This document shows, one piece after another, positions 1-10,236 of a stretch of 64,000 nucleotides of DNA (positions are counted from its first letter, which is position 1; the number at the start of each line of letters is the position of its first letter). Location: positions 345-64,344 of the forward strand of contig JACPMF010000004.1 in NCBI GenBank assembly GCA_016186145.1. The letters run 5' to 3'. The translations under genes were made by a program, and so were the position numbers. The DNA is from Candidatus Sungiibacteriota bacterium (GTDB lineage Bacteria > Patescibacteriota > Minisyncoccia > Sungbacterales > SURF-37). The notes under the pieces are model-generated. The model did no database searches, was not told where the DNA came from, and saw nothing but the letters and a program-made list of their open reading frames with translations.

Positions 1-872
1 GGTGCTGCGAACCGCATTTTTCAGCTCTTCGCGCCTCCGCTCGCCCTCTTCATCCGAAACCCCGGTATCCGCGGTAGACTCAAGAACACTAAAGTAAACT
101 CGGATACCAAGCATTCTGGTAAACTGCACCATCGTAAGCGGGTCGATACCGGCGTTATTCACGCCGTCCGTAAAAAGCACGATGATCATATTCCGCATTC
201 GTCCGATTTTCTTCACAACGAGTTCCGGATATCTCCAATTACCCTTCTCCAAGCCTTCGCGCAAAAGAAACCGGTCAATGTCATGATTCTGAAATTCCTG
301 ATCAAGCATGGAAGAAAGACAGGTAAAAATTCCTTCGCCGATTGATGTATAATTTCCTACAACACCGGGATTCGCTCCCTTGATTTGCTGTTTGATAAAA
401 TCGGCATTTTGGGTAGGCCGGACCAGAATCGTTGCATCTCCGTTTTCCGGACCATAATCCTTCCCGCCGTAGACCGTGACCGTGATGAAATCGGTTGTAG
501 CGCGTTTTTCAACAAATGGCATGGTAACCTCTTTAATCACCTCAACCGAAGAACGGCCTGTTTTACTACGGGTTGTTGCGCGCATGCTGTAAGAAAAATC
601 AAGCGAGATGCATTTGATTCTTCCCTCGATAGCGATCCCTTCCGTTGGAACACTTTTTACCGGTCCCGCGAGTGCTACAACCGCAAGAAATGCGACTGAA
701 AGCCAAAAAATTTTCGGAACAATCCTGGTAAAAAAGAAAAGAACCGATTTTGATTTCCCGATACTGGTACTCGAAACAGATACCGCCCTCGCCCGCTCCA
801 TCCTCTTTAAGAAAAAAAAGAGGAGGAGAAACGGGACGGTCGCAAGAAGCACGAGGCTCTGCGAAAACGCCA
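1..872 (-). CDS. VWA-domain protein, BatA-like (partial; continues past window start)
   Basis: Reverse-strand frame is open from the ATG at 872 to position 1 (checked by hand; absent from the ORF track because it lacks a stop). N-terminal hydrophobic TM segments, then a VWA-like metal-ion-dependent adhesion site DFSYS, then a TDG motif; lies downstream of MoxR/DUF58 genes. Confidence 0.6.
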
Positions 873-968
873 TATTCTCCTCCTTTTCAAAGGACGATAT
901 TTAACTTAAGCTCTACATTATTTTTAGTAAGTAGTCAACCCCTTTTAGAGATCCGGTTCTTCTTTGGG

Positions 969-2483
969 TTAAAAAGGCACTGGGGGCCAAACGGATTCTG
1001 AAGAAGAACGCCAGGACGACTTGCTTCGCAAAAAAGAACCGGCTTTCGAGATCATCCCCTCCGGAAGCGAAACAAATTTGTCGCCAGTCTCCGAAAGCGA
1101 GAGCGCCCGATCGCACCACCGAAGAAGATCGGTTACCGGCAAAACGTAATCCTTCCCGAACTTTTCCTCAAGCAGTGCCGCCATTTCATCGGCGCTTTTG
1201 GCCTGCGCTTCTTCATTCAGCATGCCGAGACCAGACCCTACAAGAGCAACAAGGCGTTCGCGGAAGATTTTCACCCCCCGCTCGCTCAAATTTCCGCCAT
1301 TCCATACCGGATTAAGAAAGGACACGAGCTCTCGGGAGGCCCTGCGAAAAGAAACGGGTTTCACTCTTTTCGTTTTTTCTCCGCGAAAAACACCGGCTCT
1401 CCTGCCAAAGAGCAACACTGCTCCCAGAAGGAAAAACCCGATGCTGGCGGCAAAGAGTCCATAATCAAAAAAGTAGACGGTGAACGCATTCCGCTCTCTC
1501 CGCTTCGGAAACACCGGGCCGTCAAGACGCCGGTCATTTCCGGAGAGACGGGAAGCGATAAAAAATTCTGGTACGGCGGCGGAAACCGACTTCGGCTCCG
1601 CATATCCGCCGGTCGATCCTGCGCCAGCGCCTGAAGCAACATACCAGACCTTAACAGGGGGGAGCCGAACCGGTTTCCCGGCAGTCTCATAGTAAGCGAT
1701 GCGATATCGGTAAAGCGCGAGAGCGTAATTTCCAGAACGAACCTCTTCGCTGCTCCGCCCAAGAACCGTAAAGGGCTTGACGTCAGGAGCTTCCGGATTG
1801 AACGCGGAATCCTTTCTTGCCTCAAGCGACTTCAGCCATCGCTTTACTTCCGCTTTCGCCGCTTCAGAAGCTTTCTCATCTTTCAAAACGCCGATAAATT
1901 GATTCAAAATCTTTACGCCATCGCTTGCGATACGGGCAGTCAATTCGACTTCTTCTCCAAGATGAAGGACTTTCGGAGAAGCAGAAACCGAAACTTTGAG
2001 CAAAACCCGCTCAACTTTCCACGGTCCGATTTTTGCTTTTTTCGTCACTACCCGTTCGCCGTCTTGCCAAGAATAGGAAACGGCGAACGCAGGAATAGCC
2101 ACTAACCCGGAAAGCTTTTTGTCTTCAAGCTGAAGAACAATACTAACCGGCCGTTCGTTCACGAATGCTTCTCTGCTTCTCCAACTCGGCTGCTCGGGAC
2201 CGACGTTTGCTTTTACGACCTTGAAGGGCGCCAGCTTCAGCTTTTCAGGAACAAGCTCGTCCCAATGAACATTAAAAAGCTGATCATACGCAATAACCCC
2301 GTCAAGCATAATGAGTTCTCCCGATACAAAACGTTCCGGCCGTGCGGACAGATCGACCTCAAAAAACTTGGGAACGAACCGTTCCGCCCCCGGCTGTCTC
2401 TTGTCATCGGTTTCCGCCGCCAAAACGGAGGTGGCTGAAGCAAGAAGCAACAGTGCTCCGCAAAGCGCCCTCAACCCACCCAT
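969..2483 (-). CDS. hypothetical secreted/membrane protein in the MoxR-DUF58-VWA (Bat-like) operon
   Basis: 504-aa ORF with an N-terminal signal peptide (LLLLASATSVLAAE) and a C-proximal TM helix; same strand as, and contiguous with, moxR/DUF58. Confidence 0.5.
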   Translation of the reverse strand: MGGLRALCGALLLLASATSVLAAETDDKRQPGAERFVPKFFEVDLSARPERFVSGELIMLDGVIAYDQLFNVHWDELVPEKLKLAPFKVVKANVGPEQPSWRSREAFVNERPVSIVLQLEDKKLSGLVAIPAFAVSYSWQDGERVVTKKAKIGPWKVERVLLKVSVSASPKVLHLGEEVELTARIASDGVKILNQFIGVLKDEKASEAAKAEVKRWLKSLEARKDSAFNPEAPDVKPFTVLGRSSEEVRSGNYALALYRYRIAYYETAGKPVRLPPVKVWYVASGAGAGSTGGYAEPKSVSAAVPEFFIASRLSGNDRRLDGPVFPKRRERNAFTVYFFDYGLFAASIGFFLLGAVLLFGRRAGVFRGEKTKRVKPVSFRRASRELVSFLNPVWNGGNLSERGVKIFRERLVALVGSGLGMLNEEAQAKSADEMAALLEEKFGKDYVLPVTDLLRWCDRALSLSETGDKFVSLPEGMISKAGSFLRSKSSWRSSSESVWPPVPF

Positions 2484-2485
2484 GG

Positions 2486-3325
2486 CTATCTCCTTTCACG
2501 CTCTCGTGCCGCAAAAAACTCCTCAAAGGCCTCGTCCCAATCTTCCCGGGAAGCAGAGGCGCTGACAGCAATAAAGGGCAGATTCAGCGAGCGGAATACG
2601 CCTTCAATTTCATTTCCATTCGCGGAGCCGGAAACAAAACAGCGCTCTCCCGACTCGGATGAATAAAGAAGAATGTCTCCAAAAAACCATGGAAGCCTGC
2701 CTTCTCGCGCATCCGCCACAACAACGGGGACGATATCAAGACCGGAAATCAGGCACCGCCTCAACTCTTCTTTGAAATCTCCCGTGTCATACCAGTCTGA
2801 AAATACGAAAGTGATCTGGGGTTTCCGGCCCATGGTACGAAGATATTCAAACAGTTTCGCCGGCCTCGTTGGAGGAACAGCGGCGGGAAGAATGGAAAGA
2901 TCGGCAAGCCGCTTTCGGGCCCTTACGCTACCGCTCAACGGCGGGAGATACGAGTCAACCTTCGAAGACCAAAGAAGAAATCCAACCTCGTTTGCGCCTT
3001 CCGAAAACCCCTCAGCAAGTTCACTGACGATTGCAAGCATCGCCAACCGTCGCGTCTCGTCTCCGAGGCTCGCTTCCATTGACGGAGTCCAGTCAAGCGC
3101 AAAGAGAATCCGCAGAGTGCGCTCCGCTCGCTTTACCCGAAGAAAAAATCTTTTATAAAGAGCGCTTCGCAGCGGATCAAAAGATGAGGAGGCAGGATGG
3201 TCTCCGGGCTGGAGCCGCCTTACCTCCTCAAGGTCGAAACCAACAAGCTCTTTTTGGTTTGACGGAAAACGCCCGGTTACCGATGTCTCTGCAAACCTCT
3301 TGAGCCGAAGCCGCGTTCTCTTCAC
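2486..3325 (-). CDS. DUF58 family protein (VWA-like, MoxR partner)
   Basis: 279 aa with LDWTPSM (DxSxS-like MIDAS); GTG start overlaps the moxR stop (gTGAag), indicating translational coupling. Confidence 0.7.
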   Translation of the reverse strand: MKRTRLRLKRFAETSVTGRFPSNQKELVGFDLEEVRRLQPGDHPASSSFDPLRSALYKRFFLRVKRAERTLRILFALDWTPSMEASLGDETRRLAMLAIVSELAEGFSEGANEVGFLLWSSKVDSYLPPLSGSVRARKRLADLSILPAAVPPTRPAKLFEYLRTMGRKPQITFVFSDWYDTGDFKEELRRCLISGLDIVPVVVADAREGRLPWFFGDILLYSSESGERCFVSGSANGNEIEGVFRSLNLPFIAVSASASREDWDEAFEEFFAARERERR

Positions 3326-4329
3326 GGCGAACTCCGTGATACCGGGACGCTCGCGAGGGCGGCCGCAATAACTTTATCGTTAGTTAGGCCCTTGCCCACG
3401 GCATCGGTATTCAAAAAGAACTTGCCGCGAAGAGCGGGATACGCCGCCTGCTTCACATGCCGCGGCAGCACCACAGACTCGCCTTCCAAAAAAGCGTAAA
3501 TCCGGCTTACCGTCTTAATGTCCTCAACACCGCGAACCGACGGGCTCGCCGGCATGCCGTTGATATCAAGAACAACGAAACCGGACTTGCGAATCCACTC
3601 GACAATTGCGCTTGCATACTCGACAAGCCAAGAACCCTCGTGAAAGTACGGGCGATACCAGTCAAAAATTCTGCCGGCGTACTCCAGAAGCTCCTCTGGC
3701 GTGAAAACCTTCTCAATCACGATCTCGCGCATCTTGCGATCTTCGGACGAGGCCGCGATTTTAAGGAGTTCAATATGGACAGGAAAATCGACACGAATCT
3801 TCACCAGGAAACGCTCGGCGAGCGCTTCGGGAATTTGGTACGTTCCGGTCGTCTCAATCGGATTAATGTCGGCTACCACGAAACGAAAATCAGGGAGACG
3901 GACAAGATCGCCTCGATAAGAAGAAACCCCTTCTTCCATGGCCGACATGAGATAGCTTTGGGTTTTTTCCGCTCCGCGGTTAAGCTCGTTTGCAAAGAAA
4001 ATTTCTGCATCAAGAAGCGGGCCGGGATCGATCCGCAGCCCCACTTCATGAGGCGAAACGGTGTGCGTCAGGTCATCTGGCATAAGGTTTGCATTAAATG
4101 GCAGCTTTCTAAAACGAGCTGAGACAACCGCGGCAATCGCCTCGATTGTCGTGGTCTTGCCAAGCCCCGGAGCGGACTCTACGAGAGCGTGCCCCTTGCC
4201 AAGCATCGCGACAAACGCATCGCGGACGAAATCATCGAGACCAATCACCACTTTCCCGATTTCTTTTCTTGCGCGCGAATATTTCTCCTGGAATTCTTCA
4301 CACATGCGGCGGAAATCTGCCTCATCCAT
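3322..4329 (-). CDS. moxR: MoxR-family AAA+ ATPase
   Basis: Walker A ESAPGLGKTT, typical MoxR length of 335 aa, GAAGGAG Shine-Dalgarno upstream. Confidence 0.85.
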   Translation of the reverse strand: MDEADFRRMCEEFQEKYSRARKEIGKVVIGLDDFVRDAFVAMLGKGHALVESAPGLGKTTTIEAIAAVVSARFRKLPFNANLMPDDLTHTVSPHEVGLRIDPGPLLDAEIFFANELNRGAEKTQSYLMSAMEEGVSSYRGDLVRLPDFRFVVADINPIETTGTYQIPEALAERFLVKIRVDFPVHIELLKIAASSEDRKMREIVIEKVFTPEELLEYAGRIFDWYRPYFHEGSWLVEYASAIVEWIRKSGFVVLDINGMPASPSVRGVEDIKTVSRIYAFLEGESVVLPRHVKQAAYPALRGKFFLNTDAVGKGLTNDKVIAAALASVPVSRSSP

Positions 4330-4440
4330 GGCCTTCTCCTTCTTTCAATGTTTTTTCAAAGTGCTCCCTTGTGAAAAAGCCCCGGAAGGACCCAAAAGAG
4401 GCGGCGAAAAGCCGGCTCCTTAGGGATAGAGTCGACTCCT

Positions 4441-4506
4441 CCGCGACTTACAACTTACAACCCGCGACTCACAACTTGTTGTTGGTCGTTAGTTGTTGGT
4501 TGTTAG
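4441..4506. repeat. hairpin/palindromic element with TACAACCAACAAC-type arms (copy 1)
   Basis: acttacaacttacaacc...gttgttggtcgttagttgttggttgt forms an imperfect inverted repeat; a related copy lies at 27236-27300 in opposite orientation. Confidence 0.5.
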
Positions 4507-4585
4507 TCACGAAGGTTTGCCCTTTCCTTTCCAGGACCCTTTGAACAAGGTTATTTGCCACAAGCATACCCCAACATACGGTTAT

Positions 4586-4716
4586 GTCAACCCCGTTAGA
4601 AGTAGTGCGCGTGCTCGTGGATTCATCGATATGCATTACTACCGGATGTATTTACCAGCTTCGTTTTATCGGTTTTGTGAAAAGAATTCGCGCACGCGAC
4701 TTCTAACGGGGTCAAC
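4586..4716. repeat. MITE-like element, CCCGTTAGAAG terminal-inverted-repeat family (divergent copy A)
   Basis: Left end gtcaaCCCCGTTAGAAGT and right end ACTTCTAACGGGGtcaac; sub-terminal GC-rich inverted repeats (gtgcgcgtgc / gcgcacgcgac). Confidence 0.6.
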
Positions 4717-4775
4717 CCATCCCCGTCATCCTTGTTGCTTCCCAAACCCGCATATTGTATAGGTATGAATAACCA

Positions 4776-5873
4776 ATGACAAAAGACAGCGACCAGAAAA
4801 AATTTCTCAATGCCCTGCTTTCAATTCCTGGAGTCGGGTACGATACGATCCAAAAAATAAAAGAGCGATTCCACTCTTATGAGAAAGCGTGGAATGCGTC
4901 CGGAGGAAAACTGACGAGCGCGGCAGTCGATGAAAAAACGGCCGACGCCATTGAGCGCGGAAAGAAAACAATCAATCCGGACCAAGAAATGCTGCGGCTT
5001 GAGAAAACAAAGATTATCCTTTTAGAAAAAGATGATCCCGCTTTCCCGAAAATCCTCCGGGAAATACCGTCGCCTCCGCTTTGGCTCTATAAAAAAGGGG
5101 CTGTTCCGGAAGATGAAGAAATGGTCGCAATTGTCGGCAGTAGAAAAGCAACATCATATGGAAAAGAAGCAACGGGAAAAATTATCTCCGGGCTTGCGGC
5201 AAAAACGTCGGTGGCCGTCATAAGCGGCCTTGCAATAGGAATTGACGGAGAAGCGCACCGCGCCGCAATCAAACACGGCCTTCGCACCATTGCCGTTATC
5301 GGCACGGGGCTTGATGAGAACTCGTTTTTTCCGCCTCAGCACTTAACGCTTGCGCGTGAAATTGTAGAACGGGGCGGAGCAATACTTTCCGAATATCCGC
5401 TTGGCATGCCGGCCCTCAAACAAAACTTTGTACAAAGAAACCGGCTCATCGCCGGACTTGCAAAAGGGACGCTCGTAATCGAGGCGGCTGAAAAATCGGG
5501 GGCCCTCATTACCGCTCGTTTTGCCCTTGAACAGGGAAAATCGGTGATGGCGGTTCCCGGATCGATCTTCTCTCCGTATTCAATCGGAACGAATTCTCTT
5601 ATTCGGGAAGGAGCCCGCGTCGTTATCTCGGCCGATGACGTAATAGACGAGTTGAATCTCGAAACCAAGGCCGAAGACATCCGGACAAACAATAAAAACC
5701 GGTTGACAGATGATAAAGAAAAGACTATTTATGAAAGCTTGGACAGGCCGCTAAAACTCGACGAACTTATTGAAAAACTCAATTTTCCCCTTTCCGATAT
5801 TATTTCCGGTCTTTCAATGCTAGAATTGAAAGGAATGGTCAAGAACGTCGGCGGAGAGTGGATCAGAATGTGA
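4776..5873 (+). CDS. dprA: DNA processing protein DprA (Smf)
   Basis: Rossmann-like DprA core (GSRKATSYG...AVISGLAIGIDGEAHRAA...) plus a C-terminal winged helix. Confidence 0.85.
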   Translation: MTKDSDQKKFLNALLSIPGVGYDTIQKIKERFHSYEKAWNASGGKLTSAAVDEKTADAIERGKKTINPDQEMLRLEKTKIILLEKDDPAFPKILREIPSPPLWLYKKGAVPEDEEMVAIVGSRKATSYGKEATGKIISGLAAKTSVAVISGLAIGIDGEAHRAAIKHGLRTIAVIGTGLDENSFFPPQHLTLAREIVERGGAILSEYPLGMPALKQNFVQRNRLIAGLAKGTLVIEAAEKSGALITARFALEQGKSVMAVPGSIFSPYSIGTNSLIREGARVVISADDVIDELNLETKAEDIRTNNKNRLTDDKEKTIYESLDRPLKLDELIEKLNFPLSDIISGLSMLELKGMVKNVGGEWIRM

Positions 5874-5931
5874 GCGCAAAATCAAAACACAAAAATTAAA
5901 CACAAAAATTTTACATTTTTGAATTTATTTT

Positions 5932-8169
5932 ATGAAGCTCCTCATTGTCGAATCTCCCGCTAAAGCAAAAACTATTTCAAAATATCTGCATGGAGAATAT
6001 ACCGTCCGCGCAAGCATCGGGCATATTCGAGATTTACCAAAATCAAACAAAAAAGCCATAGACGTAGCCGCCGGTTTTATTCCCCACTACGAAATTGTAA
6101 AAGGAAAAGAGCGGGTCGTGGACGAGCTTTCCTCTCTTTCGAAGGAAGCCGATGAGATAGTACTGGCAACCGACCCTGATCGCGAAGGAGAGGCCATCGC
6201 GTGGCATGTAGCCCAGGCTCTTGGCCTTGAAAACTCTAAGCCCGCCCCTCAGGTCCCGAACCCCGGGTCGAGGAAAACCCCAAACCCCAAACCGAAAGTG
6301 GAGCGAGTTGTTTTCAACGAAATAACCCAACGAGCTGTTCAAGAAGCAATGACCCATCCGCGTTCAATAGATATGAAGCTCGTTAGCGCCCAACAAGCGC
6401 GCAGAGTTCTCGATCGCCTCTTCGGGTACGACCTCTCCGGCCTCATATGGAAAAAAGTCCGTTACGGTCTTTCTGCGGGCCGGGTGCAATCGCCCGCACT
6501 TCGCATTATTGTCGAGCGCGAACGGGAAATCCGCGCCTTCGTACCGGAAGACTACTGGGTCATCTCCGGACAGTTCCAAACACCCCGGAAAGAAATTCTT
6601 GTTCTCATGTGCGCCGAAGAACCGAAAACCGAGAAAGAGGCCCTGCGCATAGTCAGCGCCGCAAAAGAAGGCTCATGGCATATTATTTCCGTGACGGAAA
6701 CAGAAACGAAACGCTCACCGCGACCGCCCTTTATAACCTCAACTCTCCAACAGACCGCAAGTTCTCGTTTTGGGTTCTCTCCTTCATACACCATGTCAAT
6801 TGCGCAAAAGCTCTATGAACAAGGGCATATCAGCTATATGCGGACCGACAGCCCGATTTTAAGCCAGGACGCCCTACCCGCGATTTACGCCGAAATTGAA
6901 AAAGCATATGGCGCCAACTTTCTTTTGCCGAGAACCTACACCGCAAAGTCAAAAACGGCCCAGGAGGCGCATGAAGCAATCAGGCCGAGCAATATAAAAG
7001 CAAAAACAGCAGGGTCGACTCCCGAACAAAAAAAACTTTATGCGCTCATTCGCGAACGAACTCTCGCCTCACAGATGGCGGACGCAAAAATTCTTCGAAC
7101 AAAAATATCAGCCAACATCGCCGAATCCAAAGAATCAATACCGGATTTTTCGATAAACGGCAGTATCATGGCTTTTCCGGGATGGCTGCAGGCCGACCAA
7201 ACAGCCAAAGGCGAGGAACTTGAACTTCCGAAATTGAAGGAGGGTGACCCGCTTATACTGCAAGACATCGCGAGTGAAGCAAAAAAAACAGAACCGCCGG
7301 CGCGTTATACAGAGGCCGGACTCGTAAAAGAACTTGAACGGCGAGAAATCGGGCGCCCTTCAACCTACGCAACGATATTAAAAACCCTTCAGGACCGCGG
7401 CTATGTAGAAAAATTGGGCAGGGCGTTAAAACCAACGGACACCGGCGAGGTGGTAAGCACGTTCCTCGAAGAAAATTTTTCTTCTTATATCAGCGACTCT
7501 TTCACGGCGGAAATGGAAAATGACTTGGACGAAATTGCCGACGGTAAACGAGAGTACGCCAAAACCCTGCGTGATTTTTACGGCCCGTTCACGAAGGAGG
7601 TTAAATCAAAAGAGAAAATAGCAAAGCTCACAAACCTCGGAGAAGCTCCGAAAGAATTCCCCTGCCCGGTCTGCGGGAGCCCTATGATAATAAAACTTTC
7701 CCGGACCGGAAAATTCTTGAGCTGCAGCCGCTTCCCAAAGTGTCATGGCGCAAGGAAAATAGATGGCACGGTGCTCGAAGCGCCGAAAGAAACCGGCGAG
7801 ATGTGCCCTGAATGCACGGAAGGCAAACTGATTGAACGCGAAGGACGTTTCGGAAAATTCATCTCTTGCAGCAACTATCCAAAATGCAAATACATTAAAA
7901 AGAGCGCCGAGGAAGAGGCGCGGGCAAAAACCGGAGTCCAATGCCCGAAGTGCAAAGACGGTGAAATCGTTGAACGAAGGGGCCGCTTTGGACCGTTTTT
8001 CAGCTGTTCAAATTATCCAAAATGCGACTTCGCCATAAAAGCGCGGCCAACCGGAACCGTTTGTCCGCTTTGCAGTTCGCTCATGATGGAAGGAACCAAA
8101 ACAATTCCTGAAAGATGTAGCAGCAAAAATTGTCCGAATCACAATCCACACTTGGCTCAAAAAACTTAG
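5932..8169 (+). CDS. topA: DNA topoisomerase I
   Basis: TOPRIM N-terminus (MKLLIVESPAKAKTISKYL...TDPDREGEAIAWH), catalytic core, and multiple C-terminal C4 zinc ribbons (CPVCGSP, CPECTEG, CPKCKDG, CPLCSS). Confidence 0.9.
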   Translation: MKLLIVESPAKAKTISKYLHGEYTVRASIGHIRDLPKSNKKAIDVAAGFIPHYEIVKGKERVVDELSSLSKEADEIVLATDPDREGEAIAWHVAQALGLENSKPAPQVPNPGSRKTPNPKPKVERVVFNEITQRAVQEAMTHPRSIDMKLVSAQQARRVLDRLFGYDLSGLIWKKVRYGLSAGRVQSPALRIIVEREREIRAFVPEDYWVISGQFQTPRKEILVLMCAEEPKTEKEALRIVSAAKEGSWHIISVTETETKRSPRPPFITSTLQQTASSRFGFSPSYTMSIAQKLYEQGHISYMRTDSPILSQDALPAIYAEIEKAYGANFLLPRTYTAKSKTAQEAHEAIRPSNIKAKTAGSTPEQKKLYALIRERTLASQMADAKILRTKISANIAESKESIPDFSINGSIMAFPGWLQADQTAKGEELELPKLKEGDPLILQDIASEAKKTEPPARYTEAGLVKELERREIGRPSTYATILKTLQDRGYVEKLGRALKPTDTGEVVSTFLEENFSSYISDSFTAEMENDLDEIADGKREYAKTLRDFYGPFTKEVKSKEKIAKLTNLGEAPKEFPCPVCGSPMIIKLSRTGKFLSCSRFPKCHGARKIDGTVLEAPKETGEMCPECTEGKLIEREGRFGKFISCSNYPKCKYIKKSAEEEARAKTGVQCPKCKDGEIVERRGRFGPFFSCSNYPKCDFAIKARPTGTVCPLCSSLMMEGTKTIPERCSSKNCPNHNPHLAQKT

Positions 8170-8245
8170 AAAAAATTTTGTGTCAAAAATCTTGCTATAG
8201 CAGGATTTTTGACCACTGAAAATTTTGCTGTGGGATAAATAGAAA

Positions 8246-8270
8246 AACGCCCGATAAATGGGCGCTTTGT
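8246..8270. terminator. rho-independent-terminator-like hairpin downstream of topA
   Basis: aaacgcccgataaatgggcgcttt: GC stem with a T-run. Confidence 0.45.
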
Positions 8271-8349
8271 GACTTTTATGTCCGTTCCAGACGTGACGGA
8301 ATTTGATTTCTCCTTGATTCAAGAAAAAACGCCCCTCGGGCGTTTTCGA

Positions 8350-8568
8350 CTATCGAGACAACACAAACCCTTTCCATTCGTCGCTTAGTCCCCCGCCAAG
8401 CTCGGGCGGAAAGACAACCATTCGGCTTCTGTCGGCATACTTACGAAGATAGCCCTCATAAGAAACCTCTTCAGTGTAACCGCATCGGGTATTTGTACAG
8501 CGCGCACCACGAGCCCTCGCATCATGAACTAAATACCATTCTTGGCATCTCGGACAACGATCAGTCAT
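8350..8568 (-). CDS. small zinc-ribbon protein (hypothetical)
   Basis: 72 aa with CPRC...C..C.. cysteine pairs; followed by a terminator hairpin at 8327-8348. Confidence 0.35.
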   Translation of the reverse strand: MTDRCPRCQEWYLVHDARARGARCTNTRCGYTEEVSYEGYLRKYADRSRMVVFPPELGGGLSDEWKGFVLSR

Positions 8569-8583
8569 GGCATCTCCCGACTT

Positions 8584-8877
8584 TCACTTTCCATCGCCGA
8601 CAAAATGCCTCACGAACTTTATGAAAAACGCTTTCTGACGAGCGGCCGTCATAAGAAGAAGATGATATTTCTTTGCATCGAGGGGGCCCGGCTCCAATCC
8701 AAGCGCCTTAGGAATGACAAAATCACACCCCAAAACCGGACAGTAGTTCAACTCTCCACAGCCGAAATTATTGTCGAGTTCCTCATCATAAACCCTTTCC
8801 AGTGGCTGGGGGTTTGAATGACGACCACAGTGACCTCGAGTGCCACCCACAGTTATCCTGACCATCACTCCCCCCAT
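8584..8877 (-). CDS. hypothetical small protein
   Basis: ORF 8584-9033, trimmed to the internal Met (MGGVMV) so that it does not overlap the upstream gene; Cys-rich. Confidence 0.3.
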   Translation of the reverse strand: MGGVMVRITVGGTRGHCGRHSNPQPLERVYDEELDNNFGCGELNYCPVLGCDFVIPKALGLEPGPLDAKKYHLLLMTAARQKAFFIKFVRHFVGDGK

Positions 8878-8878
8878 T

Positions 8879-9991
8879 TTAGAACCTAGTTGACGGAACA
8901 ATAATGTGCGGGTCGGGACTATTTCTACCGGCAAGCCATAAAGGATAGTCCTCTTCAACTTTAGTATAAGGATCAAGCCCAGCCGCTTTCCGAATTTGGT
9001 TAACGCTTTCTTGAAAAACTTCGCCAAGCTCAACGGTAGCCAGACGAGTCTCTACCACCATGGCGCTTCCATCTTCCAAAACTTCTTGGTTACGAATCTT
9101 TTGCTGCAATTCCGGGGAAAACTTCAATGCCCCGATTTCTGGACTCGACAGAGCTTTCGGCAACTCGTAGTCGGCAGGAAGAATAAGAAATTCCGTACCC
9201 TTTAACCGCGTAAGCACTGAAGACGAGCGAGCTCTTCCTTCATACATCTGCGCAAAAAGATGCGCTCGCTTAAAGAACGGAAGCGGCGGGCCAAACCCTC
9301 CGCCGGGAAGCGGAAGACTTGTGTATACATCATAGAACGACTCAAAACTAGCGATGACCTCAACCACTCCCCTGCCGTTATCAAAAGCCCTGAACGAAGA
9401 GCCGCGAAAGACGTTTATCCATTGGTCGTCAAAATCCTGAAGCCGCAACGCGCTTTCGTAAAGCAACGACCGCCGCTCTCGCAACATGGGAATTACATTA
9501 AGCGGCGGGACGCCACGAAAGACGTTCGCCGCGCGCTTCAAATTCCATTCCCTTAAATCTCGAAGAAACTTCGGATCAGTAATCGGCAATCCCTCTTTAA
9601 GCGCGCGCCTTAAGCAAGCGGTCATAGCGGTGGCACCGCTGTGAAGACGCGCCGGCTGCTCATGGATCAAACAGCGATACACTCTCTTTTTCTCATCAAC
9701 CTTTTCGTAATGTCGAAGATCCTGCCCACAGGCCCGGCATTCCGGCCACAGGGTCTGAAACTTGGTCTTTGTAACCGCATCGGTGAAATAAAAATTGATG
9801 GTATCAACCATGCCAAGAAACTGTACAAACTCAAGATCGTCTTCCGGGTAAATACCATCGCGCCACGACGGAGCCACGAGTTCCTGCAAGGCAATCTTTT
9901 CGGCAAACTCCCGCATCTTGTCAAAGTGCGGCCACGCATAAAAACGCGGGTAGTTTGAATAAGCGCTCAGCCGCAAAAGATATGGATTCAT
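8879..9991 (-). CDS. hypothetical protein (start placed at MNPYLL; the ORF-track N-terminal extension is spurious)
   Basis: The long ORF has a 5-prime extension that runs into MITE copy B. The ATGAAT start sits exactly at the element boundary. Confidence 0.5.
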   Translation of the reverse strand: MNPYLLRLSAYSNYPRFYAWPHFDKMREFAEKIALQELVAPSWRDGIYPEDDLEFVQFLGMVDTINFYFTDAVTKTKFQTLWPECRACGQDLRHYEKVDEKKRVYRCLIHEQPARLHSGATAMTACLRRALKEGLPITDPKFLRDLREWNLKRAANVFRGVPPLNVIPMLRERRSLLYESALRLQDFDDQWINVFRGSSFRAFDNGRGVVEVIASFESFYDVYTSLPLPGGGFGPPLPFFKRAHLFAQMYEGRARSSSVLTRLKGTEFLILPADYELPKALSSPEIGALKFSPELQQKIRNQEVLEDGSAMVVETRLATVELGEVFQESVNQIRKAAGLDPYTKVEEDYPLWLAGRNSPDPHIIVPSTRF

Positions 9992-10115
9992 CCCGTTAGA
10001 AGCAGGTCGCGGTAACGCCTCATTTCTATTGCTCCTATCTGTCATTGTTTTGCCTCCTGTCTTCCATATCCCGCTGATTTTTAGAGCTGCGACCGCGGCT
10101 TCTAACGGGATTCAT
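9984..10115. repeat. MITE-like element, CCCGTTAGAAGC family (copy B)
   Basis: ggATTCAT|CCCGTTAGAAGCaggtcgcggt ... accgcgGCTTCTAACGGG|ATTCATcc; terminal inverted repeats with ATTCAT direct flanks. Confidence 0.7.
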
Positions 10116-10236
10116 CCGAAACCCCCTCTCGGTTTTGTCTCAAAAAAATTTTAAAAGAGCAACAATAAACTACTGTATAATAAGGATTCGCTGCTTAAAT
10201 TGCAATCATTAAAAAAACGGCATACAATGAAATCCT

